NCBI GenBank assembly: GCA_036229005.1 | Contig: JAZAMN010000004.1 | Location: 32,001-96,000 of the forward strand | DNA: 64,000 bases | Reading direction: 5' to 3' | From: Myxococcota bacterium | Lineage (GTDB): Bacteria > Myxococcota_A > UBA796 > CAJQPC01 | Part shown: in pieces, positions 37,495-47,274 of the stretch | Numbering within the stretch: position 1 is the stretch's first letter | Layout of the letters: each line of letters opens with the position of its first letter | Position numbers and translations under genes: made by a program | The notes under the pieces: generated by a model | What the model saw: the letters and a program-made list of their open reading frames with translations, nothing else | Told to the model about the DNA's origin: nothing | Databases searched by the model: none

Positions 37495-38716
37495 TCTCCC
37501 ACTTGGTTGGAGCCGCCGGCCCATCGGCTCCTTCGCCCAGAAGGTCCGGAGGATGAACTCCGATGCCGAGGACCTGGAGCCGCTTTCAATCACCAAGGAT
37601 CAAGGGGTTGTCCTTCAGCGTCTGAAGTACAAGAAGCGGATTGCCACTGATCCGCGAAAGTACCAGATTGGGATGGACGGTGACTTTGCGTTTGATCCGA
37701 TGTCTCTCTACTATGGTGCGATTGGGCGTATTCAGGATCTGGGGCGTGGATTGATTAGTCCGGACTATGTGACCTTCACCGTGGATCGAAGCGTCGACCA
37801 CGACTTCTTGGAGGCGCTTCTTCGTTGGTCACACATGCACAAGGAGTACGAGTACCTCTCCGAAACGTCGAATTCACGAGGCAAACGACGGCGGCTCTAC
37901 TGGTCCGTACTCATTGATCTCCCCATTCTGCTCCCACCCCTCCCCGAACAGAAGAAGATCGCCGCCATCCTCTCCTCCGTGGACGAGGCCATCCAGGCGA
38001 CACAGGCGGTCATCGAGCAGACCCGGCGGGTAAAGGAAGGGCTGCTCCAGGACCTGCTGACCCGAGGCATCGGACACACGCGGTTCAAGCAAACGGAGAT
38101 CGGGGAGATTCCCGAGTCGTGGGAGATCCGTCGAGTTGACCAACTCTGCCAAGTGACCAGCGGAGCAACCCCGCTGCGTAGCAACCAAGCCTATTTCGAC
38201 TCTGGGGATGTCCCCTGGGTCAAGACGATGGACTTGAACGGCGGCGTCGTTTCAACCACCGACGAGTCGATCACACCGTTGGCTCTTGCCGAGACCTCCT
38301 GCAAGGTCCTGCCCGTAGGCACAGTGATGTGTGCAATGTACGGCGGTTTCCGGCAGATCGGTCGGACCGGCGTGCTTGCGATGGAGGCTGCCACCAACCA
38401 GGCCATTTCTTCGATGGTGTTGAAACCGAAGGCGAAGCTGTTGCCAGAGTTCCTGAACTACTTCTTCGTCGCCCATCGTCCACGTTGGAAAGGCATTGCA
38501 GCGAGCAGTCGGAAAGACCCCAACATCACCAGGCAGGACGTGTGTGGGTTCAAGGTCGCCGTGCCCCCCGTGGCTGAACAACACGCGATCGTTGACCGGG
38601 TGGATGCCCTGACTGCTGCTATCGGTGAGGGAGAGGTCGCGTTGGCCGCCCACCGCCGAGTGAAGGCAGGTCTCCTCCAAGACCTCCTCACCGGCAAGGT
38701 CCGAGTGTCCGTGTGA
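37484..38716 (+). CDS. hsdS: Type I R-M specificity subunit S
   Basis: Two TRDs with conserved PPLPEQKKIAAILSSVD and KxGLLQDLLT repeats, TEIGEIPESW; TRD DNA visibly less GC-rich. Confidence 0.93.
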   Translation: MSSSLPLGWSRRPIGSFAQKVRRMNSDAEDLEPLSITKDQGVVLQRLKYKKRIATDPRKYQIGMDGDFAFDPMSLYYGAIGRIQDLGRGLISPDYVTFTVDRSVDHDFLEALLRWSHMHKEYEYLSETSNSRGKRRRLYWSVLIDLPILLPPLPEQKKIAAILSSVDEAIQATQAVIEQTRRVKEGLLQDLLTRGIGHTRFKQTEIGEIPESWEIRRVDQLCQVTSGATPLRSNQAYFDSGDVPWVKTMDLNGGVVSTTDESITPLALAETSCKVLPVGTVMCAMYGGFRQIGRTGVLAMEAATNQAISSMVLKPKAKLLPEFLNYFFVAHRPRWKGIAASSRKDPNITRQDVCGFKVAVPPVAEQHAIVDRVDALTAAIGEGEVALAAHRRVKAGLLQDLLTGKVRVSV

Positions 38717-41700
38717 CCACCCCCAACGAACTCTCCCTCGTCGAAAAGCCCATCCTCCACTTCATGGAGTCCATGGGCTACCGCGTCATCGGCCCCGACC
38801 AGCACCCCAGCCTCCGCGCCCGCGAGAACGAGGTCCTCTTCAAGCCCCTGCTGGTCAAGGCCCTCGGCGAACTCAACGACATCGACGAGGCCACGGCCCT
38901 CGCCATCTACAACGAACTGGCTGGCCTCTCCGACAACAAGCGCTGGGTCGACATCCTGCGAGGCAACTACTCCCGAAAGGTGGCCGGGGAACAAACCCAC
39001 CGCACCATCCGCCTGGTGGACTTCAAAGACCCCCAGAAGAACCACTGGGCCGTCACCAGCCAGCTGCGCGTCCAGGGCGAGGTCGTCCGCAAGCCCGATG
39101 TGGTCGTCTACCTCAACGGCATCCCCGTGGTGGTCATCGAGGCCAAGAGCCCCGTCAACCCCAGCCAGAACAGCTTCGACGCCATCGAACAGATCCGCAT
39201 GTACGAGTCCGACGTGCCTCGGCTCTTTGCGCCCAACCTGTTCAACATCGCGACCAACGACGTCACCTTCCTCTACGGCGCCACCGGCGCCCCCAGTGAG
39301 TTCTGGAGCCGCTGGCGAGACCCCTGGCCTCGCTCACCTGACGCGTTCTCCGACGAGACCGAGAAGGGCCTTTACAGCCTGCTGGAGCCCGCCCGGCTGC
39401 TGGACATCCTGGCCCACTTCATCGTGTTCGAGACCCGCGACGGCAAGACCATCAAGAAGGTCTGTCGCTACCAGCAATACCGGGCCGTCAACAAGATGGT
39501 CCAGCGCGTCATCGACGGGGAGCACCGCGCCGGCCTCATCTGGCACACCCAGGGCTCCGGCAAGAGCCTGACCATGGTGTTCGCGGCCCTCAAGCTCAAG
39601 TTCCACCGGGGCCTCTCAAGCCAGCGCCTACAGAACCCCAACCTGCTGATCATCACAGATCGCATCGACCTGCACGACCAGATCAGCGCCACCTTTGTCG
39701 CCTGCGGTCTCCCCAACCCAGTGGACGCCGACAGCATCGACAAGCTGCAGCAGAACCTGGTCCCTGGCGTCTCGGGTCGCACAGTCCTGTCCACCATCTT
39801 CAAGTTCAACTGGGAGGACGAGCGCCTCAAGTCGCAGGTCCACGCCCAGCGCCTCGCCGCCTTGCGGGACCTCGAGGTCGCCGGCTCCGAGAACTGGATC
39901 CTCATGGTCGATGAGTGCCACCGCACCCAGGAGAAAGACCTGGGCGCCTACCTGCGCGCCATCCTGCCCAAGGCCACCCGTTTTGGCTTCACCGGAACCC
40001 CCGTCAAGAAGAACGACCACGACACCTTCACCAACTTTGGGGCCAAGGGGGAGCGCTACCTGGACAAGTACGGGATCGACGACGCCGTCGCGGATGGAGC
40101 CACCGTGCCCATCCTCTACCAGGGCCGCATGACCGAGTGGCACCTGCACGCCAAGGAGCTCGACGTCGTCTTTGACCAGTGGTTCGTCGACGAGCCCGAC
40201 GGGAAGATCGAGGAGCTCAAGCGCCGCGGCGTCACCAAGGGCGACCTCGCCCGCTTTGAGCCGCGCATCCAGCTCATCGCCCTGGATCTGTGGACCCACT
40301 TCCAGAAGAGCGTCCAGCCCGATGGCTTCAAGGCACAGATCGTCGCCATCGATCGCCTGGCCTGCGTCGCCTACAAAAAGGCCCTGGACAGCGTCATCGC
40401 CAACACCCTGGTCAAGACCCACAAGCTCTCGCCAGAGGACGCCCAGGCCCGCGCCACGGCCATGTCCAAGTGTGTCTACAGCCCTGCCCAGCACGACCAG
40501 CAGAAGCACCCGGAGCTCGTCGAGTTCCAGCTGGACGACCAGCAGACCAAGGACGCCATCAGCGACTTTGTGGACCCCGCCTCTGACCTCAAGTTCCTGA
40601 TCGTCTGCAACAAGCTGCTCACGGGCTTTGACGCCCCCATCGAGCAGGCCATGTACCTGGACAACCCCCTCACGGATCACAACCTGCTCCAGGCTATCGC
40701 GCGCACCAACCGGCGCTACGGGACAGCAAAGGCGCACGGCCTCATCGTCGACTACATCGGCGTCTCCAAGAAGCTCTCCGAGGCCCTCTCTGCCTACCGG
40801 AAGGAGGACGTCGCCTCCGCCATGAAGGACCACGACGTCCTGGCCGACAAGCTCAAGCTCGCCCACCGCGAGGTCATGGATCTGGTCAAGCAGGTCCCTC
40901 GCACAGACGATCCCGACGCCAACGTCAAGGCCGTCATCGCACACCTGGCCACCGAAGACCGCTGGTACATCTTCCGCTCCAAGGCCGATGCATTCCTCAA
41001 GGCCTATCAGGCCCTCACCCCCGACCCTCGGGTCCTGCCCTACCAGGTCGATCTCAAACACATCGCCTCCTGCATTCCCTACGGTCTGCTGCGCTTTGAG
41101 AACAAGGAGGAGACCGACTGGAAGAAGTACAGCCAGAAGGTCCGGCAGATGCTCGACGAGCACCTGGAGGTCACCGGCCTCAAGACCGTGTGCAAGCTGC
41201 GCAGCCTCACCGACCCCAAGTTCTGGGATGACTTCGAGAGCCCCCAGGACATCGAGGAGGCCGCCGTCCGCAAGCTCTCCGAGCTCAAGAAGGAGACCAC
41301 CGAGCGCGCCGCCAAGAACCCTGCTCGCTACGAGAAGTTCTCTGACCGCATCAAGGAGCTCATCGACAAGTTCAACCAGGGCCTGCTGGAAGCCCAGCAG
41401 ACCCTCGACTTCTCCAAGCAGGTCGCCCAGGCCCTCACCACAGAGGACCAGGCCCACCAGGGCACCGGCCTGAGCGAGCGGGCCTTCTCCATCCACGCAA
41501 TCCTGGAGAGCTTCGCCATCCAGCACACCGTGGACCCCCAGGGAGACGGCTACAAGGCCGGCGACACCAAGCCCACCGAGCCCAAGCTCTCCGCCCTCCA
41601 GAAGGCCGCCTTGGACATCGATGCCCTCTACGCCTCCGACGAGTCCGCCCCTCCCCACTGGCAGGACAAGTCCCAGCTCCGCAAGGAGCTCCGCGGCCAG

Positions 41701-41808
41701 GTCCGGCGCCTGGTCAAGGGCCTCGGCCTGGACGGCTGGGCCAAGGAGGTCCCCAGCTCCGTGGAGCACTACGCGCTCCAGCACTACCGCAAGCCCCCGG
41801 GGTCTTGA
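38713..41808 (+). CDS. hsdR: Type I R-M restriction subunit R
   Basis: PDVVVYLNGIPVVVIEAK, WHTQGSGKS, DECHR, GFTGTP, LLTGFDAP, LLQAIARTNR. Confidence 0.95.
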   Translation: MTTPNELSLVEKPILHFMESMGYRVIGPDQHPSLRARENEVLFKPLLVKALGELNDIDEATALAIYNELAGLSDNKRWVDILRGNYSRKVAGEQTHRTIRLVDFKDPQKNHWAVTSQLRVQGEVVRKPDVVVYLNGIPVVVIEAKSPVNPSQNSFDAIEQIRMYESDVPRLFAPNLFNIATNDVTFLYGATGAPSEFWSRWRDPWPRSPDAFSDETEKGLYSLLEPARLLDILAHFIVFETRDGKTIKKVCRYQQYRAVNKMVQRVIDGEHRAGLIWHTQGSGKSLTMVFAALKLKFHRGLSSQRLQNPNLLIITDRIDLHDQISATFVACGLPNPVDADSIDKLQQNLVPGVSGRTVLSTIFKFNWEDERLKSQVHAQRLAALRDLEVAGSENWILMVDECHRTQEKDLGAYLRAILPKATRFGFTGTPVKKNDHDTFTNFGAKGERYLDKYGIDDAVADGATVPILYQGRMTEWHLHAKELDVVFDQWFVDEPDGKIEELKRRGVTKGDLARFEPRIQLIALDLWTHFQKSVQPDGFKAQIVAIDRLACVAYKKALDSVIANTLVKTHKLSPEDAQARATAMSKCVYSPAQHDQQKHPELVEFQLDDQQTKDAISDFVDPASDLKFLIVCNKLLTGFDAPIEQAMYLDNPLTDHNLLQAIARTNRRYGTAKAHGLIVDYIGVSKKLSEALSAYRKEDVASAMKDHDVLADKLKLAHREVMDLVKQVPRTDDPDANVKAVIAHLATEDRWYIFRSKADAFLKAYQALTPDPRVLPYQVDLKHIASCIPYGLLRFENKEETDWKKYSQKVRQMLDEHLEVTGLKTVCKLRSLTDPKFWDDFESPQDIEEAAVRKLSELKKETTERAAKNPARYEKFSDRIKELIDKFNQGLLEAQQTLDFSKQVAQALTTEDQAHQGTGLSERAFSIHAILESFAIQHTVDPQGDGYKAGDTKPTEPKLSALQKAALDIDALYASDESAPPHWQDKSQLRKELRGQVRRLVKGLGLDGWAKEVPSSVEHYALQHYRKPPGS

Positions 41809-42068
41809 TGTCTGAGCCTGCAGAGCTGATTCACCCTAATGGGCGCACAACCGTTGTCCAGCCAGTGGACGGCCAGCGTTTCACCACGCAGGAACTGGAA
41901 GGCCTGGTTGGGCTGGGCTGTGAGATCCGCAGAGGACCGGCTGGATACGTCATCGTCTGCAAGTTCGGCGATGACCGCCCACCGAATCAGGGGATGCCCG
42001 GGTTCCGCGGCCCCGTGGTCATTCTCCCGTCCTCAGCCATGCTCCATCAACTCCCCAGAGACTTCTGA
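41808..42068 (+). CDS. Small DUF3846-like protein
   Basis: TGATG overlap with hsdR; LIHPNG...VQPVDGQRFTTQELEGLVG...EI, FRGPVVI. Confidence 0.5.
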   Translation: MSEPAELIHPNGRTTVVQPVDGQRFTTQELEGLVGLGCEIRRGPAGYVIVCKFGDDRPPNQGMPGFRGPVVILPSSAMLHQLPRDF

Positions 42069-42069
42069 G

Positions 42070-42801
42070 ATGCCCAGGCTCACCGTCGGCAACACCCAGA
42101 TTCCCTATGCGGTTCGCTACAGCGATCGCGCAAAGCGCAAGCGCGTTCAGGTGACCCCCGAAGGGGTCTTGGTCATTGCCCCAGTGGGCACCCCTGACGC
42201 TGGCGCGCAGGGGTTGGATGCCTTCCTGCGCACCAAGCGACGTTGGGTCTTCGACGCCGTGCGCCAGGTCGAGCAGGAGCACCAGAAGCTGCTCTCGCAG
42301 CGCTACGACTCCGGCGCCAAGCTCCAGTACCGTGGGCGTTGGCTCATGCTGGACGTCAGCTCAGGCGCTGTCGAGCAGGTCCAGATCACCTGCCGCTCCA
42401 AGTTCCACGTCCTCGTGCCTGAGGGGCTCAGCGGGCTGGACCGCTTGGGGTCCATTCGAGCCGCCTTCGACGCTTGGCTCCGCGAGCGGGCCCAGCGGGA
42501 CATTCGGCGCTTCGGCAACAGACACCAGACCGCCCTCGGCGTCCAGGCCAAGTCCTTTCAGATCTCCGACGCCAAGGCCCGCTGGGGTTCCCTCGGCCGC
42601 GACGGCACCGTGCGGGTTCACTGGCGTCTCGTCCAGGCCCCCGTCGCCGCCTTGGAATACGTCGTCGCCCACGAACTCACTCACCTCCTGCACCGGAACC
42701 ACAGCCCCGAGTTCTGGGCCGCTTTGGCCCGCACCCTTCCAGACTGGCCGGAGCGCAAAGCGATGCTGGAGCGGTGGGAGACGGAGCATCGGGCCGTGTG
42801 A
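42070..42801 (+). CDS. YgjP/DUF45 (M48-like) zinc metallohydrolase
   Basis: YSDRAKR, KARWGS, HWRL, EYVVAHELTHL (HExxH), NHSPEFW. Confidence 0.9.
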   Translation: MPRLTVGNTQIPYAVRYSDRAKRKRVQVTPEGVLVIAPVGTPDAGAQGLDAFLRTKRRWVFDAVRQVEQEHQKLLSQRYDSGAKLQYRGRWLMLDVSSGAVEQVQITCRSKFHVLVPEGLSGLDRLGSIRAAFDAWLRERAQRDIRRFGNRHQTALGVQAKSFQISDAKARWGSLGRDGTVRVHWRLVQAPVAALEYVVAHELTHLLHRNHSPEFWAALARTLPDWPERKAMLERWETEHRAV

Positions 42802-42823
42802 TAATGCAGATTGGAGCAGAACC

Positions 42824-44971
42824 TTGCCTGTATTCGGTAAAGTTGAACTGAACTTTGGAAGCGAGCCGGGGGGTGAGAGCCTCAGCTTTCAACCCGGCGT
42901 TCTGACGCTTGTTGTAGGGCCGAACAACTCGGGGAAGAGCCTCTTTCTACGTGAGTTGGCGGGGGTGAATCCCCGGGCCGGCAGCCACCTCCTCCGCGAC
43001 ACCCGTTGGTTGGATGAGTTGCGAGTTGTCGCAGATGTGGAGTGGAGTCCACTTGTGGCTGAGGATATCCGGAAGGAGATTCTATCGGAGCAGGAGCACT
43101 CGCGGATCCGGCTTTTCGGCGACTGGACCGAGACGGGGGCCTTCTTGGACTGGGCGGGCAGCGAGCTATTGGCTGCATGGTCTCCGGTTGTTGAAACCCT
43201 CCTACGGATGCGGGGTGGGCCGAACGCAGCTCTGATTAATTATGTCATTCCGGAGCCTCTGGGTCTACCGTTGGCGGAGAACTGGGCCAAGGTGGTCGTC
43301 CTTGCCTTCTATGTTCTCTCCCATCAAGACGAAGAGTTCGTCGTTACCGAGTTCCGGCAGGAGTTGTTTGAGCGTGTCTCTATCGCCTGGGAGGGGAGTC
43401 TCGAAGTGGCAGAGAAGGCGGGTCTTGAACTGGAGAAGGATGATCTCAAGCATTTGTGCACTTCAAAAGTGCTTGTCCGCTTCTTCTCCAGCCATATTGC
43501 CGCCCTTGGGATTGCCGCTTTCTTTGCGGAACTCGGTAAGAAAATGGGAAAACCGGTACCTGCTGTTGGGCCAAACCCAGCCGGCTTCATCGAACGGATG
43601 GAGGCATTGGCAGCACTGTCAGATGACTGGAGGAAGCTTGTCGAGCAGCCTTTAGAGATGGTCCGAGTAGAGGAGAAGTACCGTTGGTTGCGTTGGCGAA
43701 AGAACGGTGGGATCGAGTCAAAGTTGGTGGTTCGATATCTTGATGGTGGAAATCGGCTGGAGTTGACAACGACACAATCGCTTCAGGCGTACTCGGCCAA
43801 GGCAAACGTCCTTTCGCGTCTTCTGTACGATACCTCTCGTCGTGAGCTTCTGAGGCGTCTGGTTTGGGAGACCCTGGGTGAGCACCTATACATCGATGCA
43901 GTCTCAGAGCCGTCCAGGGCAACTTGGGTTCTCTCCAAAGAAGAGACTTCCTTTGAAGGTAGACACTCGCACGAGGCCCTTGAATTCTTTTCGAACACGC
44001 TGCCACTTGCATCCCGGTCCGACGGCGTCCACGCCTACGTTGGACTACTCGCTGAGGTCGTCGCAGCGCCACAGAATGTCATCTTCATCGATGAACCGGA
44101 AGCATTTCTCCACCCCCCACTGGCGCGCACACTCGTACGCCAGCTCTGTGAAGTCGCCCGTCAACACGACAAGCAACTCTTCGTCTCCACCCACAGCCAG
44201 GAAGTGCTCACGGCGGCCGTACGCTCCGGCGTGGAGTTGAGCATCCTCCGCTTGACCTACGATGGTACTCATGGGACCGCTCGAACCCTACCTCCGAGAG
44301 TCCTCGCCAAAGTCGCGGTAGACCCGCTCCTGCGCTCCGAACGCACATTGTCAGCCCTGTTTCACACGGGTGCTATCGTCTGTGAGGCGGATGCTGACCG
44401 TGTGTTCTATGAGCAGATAAACGAGGTGTTGCTGAGAGAGCAAGAGGGCGGCTTGGACTCTCTGGTCTTCATGAATGCGCAAAACTGGTCTACGGTTCGG
44501 CGAATGGTGGGGCCGTTGCGCAAGATGGGGGTGCCGGCCGCTGCGATCATTGATCTGGATTGTCTGTTTGAAAAGGAAATGAAGCAGCTCTTCCAGGCCG
44601 CGAGAGTTCCGCGAGGTACCCAGGATGGCTGGAATCAAACGCGACAGGAGCTCAAGAAGAGCTCCTCAGGACGATTGAAGTCGTCGAACCTCTCGGAACT
44701 GTCTCGTGAACAGCACCAGTCACTTGAAGGGCTGCTTGAGAGCATGGCAAGGTACGGAGTGTTCGTTGTTCCAGTCGGAGAGCTTGAAGATTGGTACGGC
44801 CCGGAGGTGGTGGGGAACCGACAGAAGACACCCTGGGTACAGAACGTCCTCGGGCGGCTGTCCGAGGACTACGAAGGGCAAGATCGACTCGGGTTCGACG
44901 ACAGTCCCATCTGGGACTTCATGCGCCGCGTCACAGCGTGGATCGAGAACCCCCGATGGGGGATCGATTGA
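42824..44971 (+). CDS. OLD-like ATP-dependent nuclease (ABC ATPase plus TOPRIM) with a long insertion
   Basis: VVGPNNSGKS (Walker A), RSDG, FIDEPEAFLHP, VSTHS, IVCEADAD and IIDLD (TOPRIM); TTG after GGAG; less GC-rich than host genes. Confidence 0.8.
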   Translation: MPVFGKVELNFGSEPGGESLSFQPGVLTLVVGPNNSGKSLFLRELAGVNPRAGSHLLRDTRWLDELRVVADVEWSPLVAEDIRKEILSEQEHSRIRLFGDWTETGAFLDWAGSELLAAWSPVVETLLRMRGGPNAALINYVIPEPLGLPLAENWAKVVVLAFYVLSHQDEEFVVTEFRQELFERVSIAWEGSLEVAEKAGLELEKDDLKHLCTSKVLVRFFSSHIAALGIAAFFAELGKKMGKPVPAVGPNPAGFIERMEALAALSDDWRKLVEQPLEMVRVEEKYRWLRWRKNGGIESKLVVRYLDGGNRLELTTTQSLQAYSAKANVLSRLLYDTSRRELLRRLVWETLGEHLYIDAVSEPSRATWVLSKEETSFEGRHSHEALEFFSNTLPLASRSDGVHAYVGLLAEVVAAPQNVIFIDEPEAFLHPPLARTLVRQLCEVARQHDKQLFVSTHSQEVLTAAVRSGVELSILRLTYDGTHGTARTLPPRVLAKVAVDPLLRSERTLSALFHTGAIVCEADADRVFYEQINEVLLREQEGGLDSLVFMNAQNWSTVRRMVGPLRKMGVPAAAIIDLDCLFEKEMKQLFQAARVPRGTQDGWNQTRQELKKSSSGRLKSSNLSELSREQHQSLEGLLESMARYGVFVVPVGELEDWYGPEVVGNRQKTPWVQNVLGRLSEDYEGQDRLGFDDSPIWDFMRRVTAWIENPRWGID

Positions 44972-45013
44972 CGGTGTCTGTTCGAGCGAGTTCCTGTTGA
45001 ATTGGAGCCCCCC

Positions 45014-45787
45014 ATGCCCCTCACCGACTGCCCCACCCACGGCGAATCCGGAGCGGTGGAGATGTGTCAGCACCTCCACCGGTCCCTCCAGGCCGGGGTG
45101 TACCGGACCTTCACCGTGCTCCCGGTCTTCCCGGTCCGGATCTGCGCGGACTGCGCGCAGGCCTATGGGGTGCCCGAGCTGCTGGCTGCTGCAATGGTGT
45201 CTGCCGAACAGCTACGCGAGCAGCGCGCCAATGACCCCGGCCTCCGTGCCATTGCACCGGACCACGTGGTGCACCGTGAGCTCCTGACTGAGCGGCATCC
45301 AGAACTCCTGACACGGATCGAGTCCATCTACGACGCGGTCAACGCGCGCAGTCGGATGATGTGCTGCGGCTGCATCGACGCGGTTCAGGTCAGCCACGCG
45401 CGGGCGACGGGGGCCTCGCTTCCCTGTGAACCCTTCGACCAGACCATCGTCAATGGGAGTGACCCCCGGCTCTTCGCGCTGGCTGAGCTGGTGCGCGCGC
45501 ACCTGAGCCCCCGGGGGAACCACGAGGGGCGCTTCTACGGCTGCCAGGTGTTCGCGGGGACGGCGCTGCGGCCGCTGCGGGTGCGCGTCTTTGGGGTGGT
45601 GGACGAGGCGGAGCGGGCCGCCATGACGCGGCGCATCGACGCGTTCTTTGAGGGGGCCGAGCGCTTCCAGAGGGAGGTCCAGTACTTCGAGGCGATGGCC
45701 TGGGATGAGCGGGTGGTGGAGGGGAGCGTGACCCGGACCCGGAGGCCTCTGGTGCTGGTGGCCGAGACGCTGGTGCGCAGGGAGTAG
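45014..45787 (+). CDS. Hypothetical Cys/His-rich protein
   Basis: GGAG RBS; CPTHG, MCQHL, ICADC, MCCGC. Confidence 0.65.
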   Translation: MPLTDCPTHGESGAVEMCQHLHRSLQAGVYRTFTVLPVFPVRICADCAQAYGVPELLAAAMVSAEQLREQRANDPGLRAIAPDHVVHRELLTERHPELLTRIESIYDAVNARSRMMCCGCIDAVQVSHARATGASLPCEPFDQTIVNGSDPRLFALAELVRAHLSPRGNHEGRFYGCQVFAGTALRPLRVRVFGVVDEAERAAMTRRIDAFFEGAERFQREVQYFEAMAWDERVVEGSVTRTRRPLVLVAETLVRRE

Positions 45788-45889
45788 GCCCGCCGGCGGA
45801 TTGGGCGGCCCCATCGGGGCCGGCGGTCCGCCCCAGACGCAAAGAAGCCCCACCAGGCGGCAGGGCTCCTTGCAGGTTCTCGCGGAGGC

Positions 45890-47119
45890 TCAGGCCTCGA
45901 CGGGCTCGTCGATGGCGTAGCCGGCTTCGCCGTGCTCGATGAGGTCGAGGCCGGTGCGCTCGTGGTGCTCGGGGACACGAAGGCCCATGAAGCGGTCGAG
46001 GGCCCAGCTCAGGGCGTAGGTGACGCCGAAGGTGTAGGCGGCGGTGGCCAGGATGCTGATGACCTGGATGCCGACGATCTCGAAGTTGCCCTCGATGAGG
46101 CCGGAGGCGCCGCCGACGGCGCTGACGGCGAAGATGCCGGTGGCCAAGGCACCCCAGGCGCCGCCCAGGCCGTGAACGCCGAAGGCGTCCAGGCTGTCGT
46201 CGTAGCCGAAGCGCTCCTTGAGCAACACGCCCAGGTAGCAGAGAATGCCGGCGCCAGCGCCGATGGCGAGGGCGCCCCCCAGACCGACGAAGGCGCAGGC
46301 GGGGGTGATGGCGACGAGGCCGGCGACGGCGCCGGACGCGACGCCGAGGGCGCTGGTGTGCTTGCGGTGGAAGGTCTCCACGCCAGCCCAGGTGATGGCG
46401 CCGGTGGCGGCGGCCACGTGGGTCACCATGAAGGCCCAGCCGGCGTCGCCGTTGGCGGCCAGGGCGCTGCCGGCGTTGAAGCCGAACCAGCCGAACCACA
46501 GCAGGCCAGCACCCAGCAGGGTGAGGGCCAGGTTGTGGGGCCGGATGGAGGCCTTCTGCCAGTCGATGCGGCGGCCCAGGACCAGGATCATGGCCAGGGC
46601 GGCGACGCCGCTGTTGACGTGGACGACGGTGCCGCCGGCGAAGTCCAGGGCGCCGAGCTCGCCCAGCCAACCACCGGGACCCCACACCCAGTGACAGACG
46701 GGGGCGTAGACCAGCAGCGACCAGACCAGGGTGAACACGACGTAGGCGCGGAAGCGGATGCGCTCGGCGAAGGCGCCGCTGATGAGCGCTGGGGTGATGA
46801 TGGCGAACATCATCTGGAAGGCGACGAACACGATGTGGGGGATGTCGTCGGCGAAGGGACCGGGCTCGGTGCCGACGCCCTGGAGGAAGGCGTACTCGAA
46901 GCCGCCGATGAAGCGGTTGCCTTGGCCAAAGGCCAGGCTGTAGCCCAGGGTGACCCAGGCCAGGGTGGCCAGGCCCATGGCGAAGAAGCTGTGCAGCAAG
47001 GTGCTGAGCACGTTCTTGGCCCGCACCATGCCCCCGTAGAAGATGGCAAGCCCCGGGGTCATGAGCAGCACCAGCGCGCAGCTCATCAACATCCAGGCAG
47101 TGTTCCCGCTGTCGATCAT
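45890..47119 (-). CDS. amtB: Ammonium transporter
   Basis: LMTPGLAIFYGG, FQMMFAIIT, DFAGGTVVH, WFGWFGFNAGS, DDSLDAFGVHG. Confidence 0.96.
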   Translation of the reverse strand: MIDSGNTAWMLMSCALVLLMTPGLAIFYGGMVRAKNVLSTLLHSFFAMGLATLAWVTLGYSLAFGQGNRFIGGFEYAFLQGVGTEPGPFADDIPHIVFVAFQMMFAIITPALISGAFAERIRFRAYVVFTLVWSLLVYAPVCHWVWGPGGWLGELGALDFAGGTVVHVNSGVAALAMILVLGRRIDWQKASIRPHNLALTLLGAGLLWFGWFGFNAGSALAANGDAGWAFMVTHVAAATGAITWAGVETFHRKHTSALGVASGAVAGLVAITPACAFVGLGGALAIGAGAGILCYLGVLLKERFGYDDSLDAFGVHGLGGAWGALATGIFAVSAVGGASGLIEGNFEIVGIQVISILATAAYTFGVTYALSWALDRFMGLRVPEHHERTGLDLIEHGEAGYAIDEPVEA

Positions 47120-47274
47120 TCAGGTCTCCCTGCGCCCTGGGACCGTCCAGGGAGCAGCGCCGATTCTCCACGGATCCGCCAGCAGTGAGTGGTTTCAGGG
47201 TGTTACGAGTGCGTTCCGGGCCGTTGCAATCGCCGCAAGTGGGCGTCGGAGCGGGGTTTGTGTGTGTCAGAGGT

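Noticed and set aside
42176..42823. N-terminal extension of the 931-aa ATPase ORF
   Set aside because: Overlaps ygjP in another frame and is low-complexity; RBS and Walker A position favour a start at 42824
35761..45890. Prophage or integrative element with attL/attR at ssrA
   Set aside because: No integrase or phage genes, and I could not find a second copy of the ssrA 3' end by eye; reported only as a defence island
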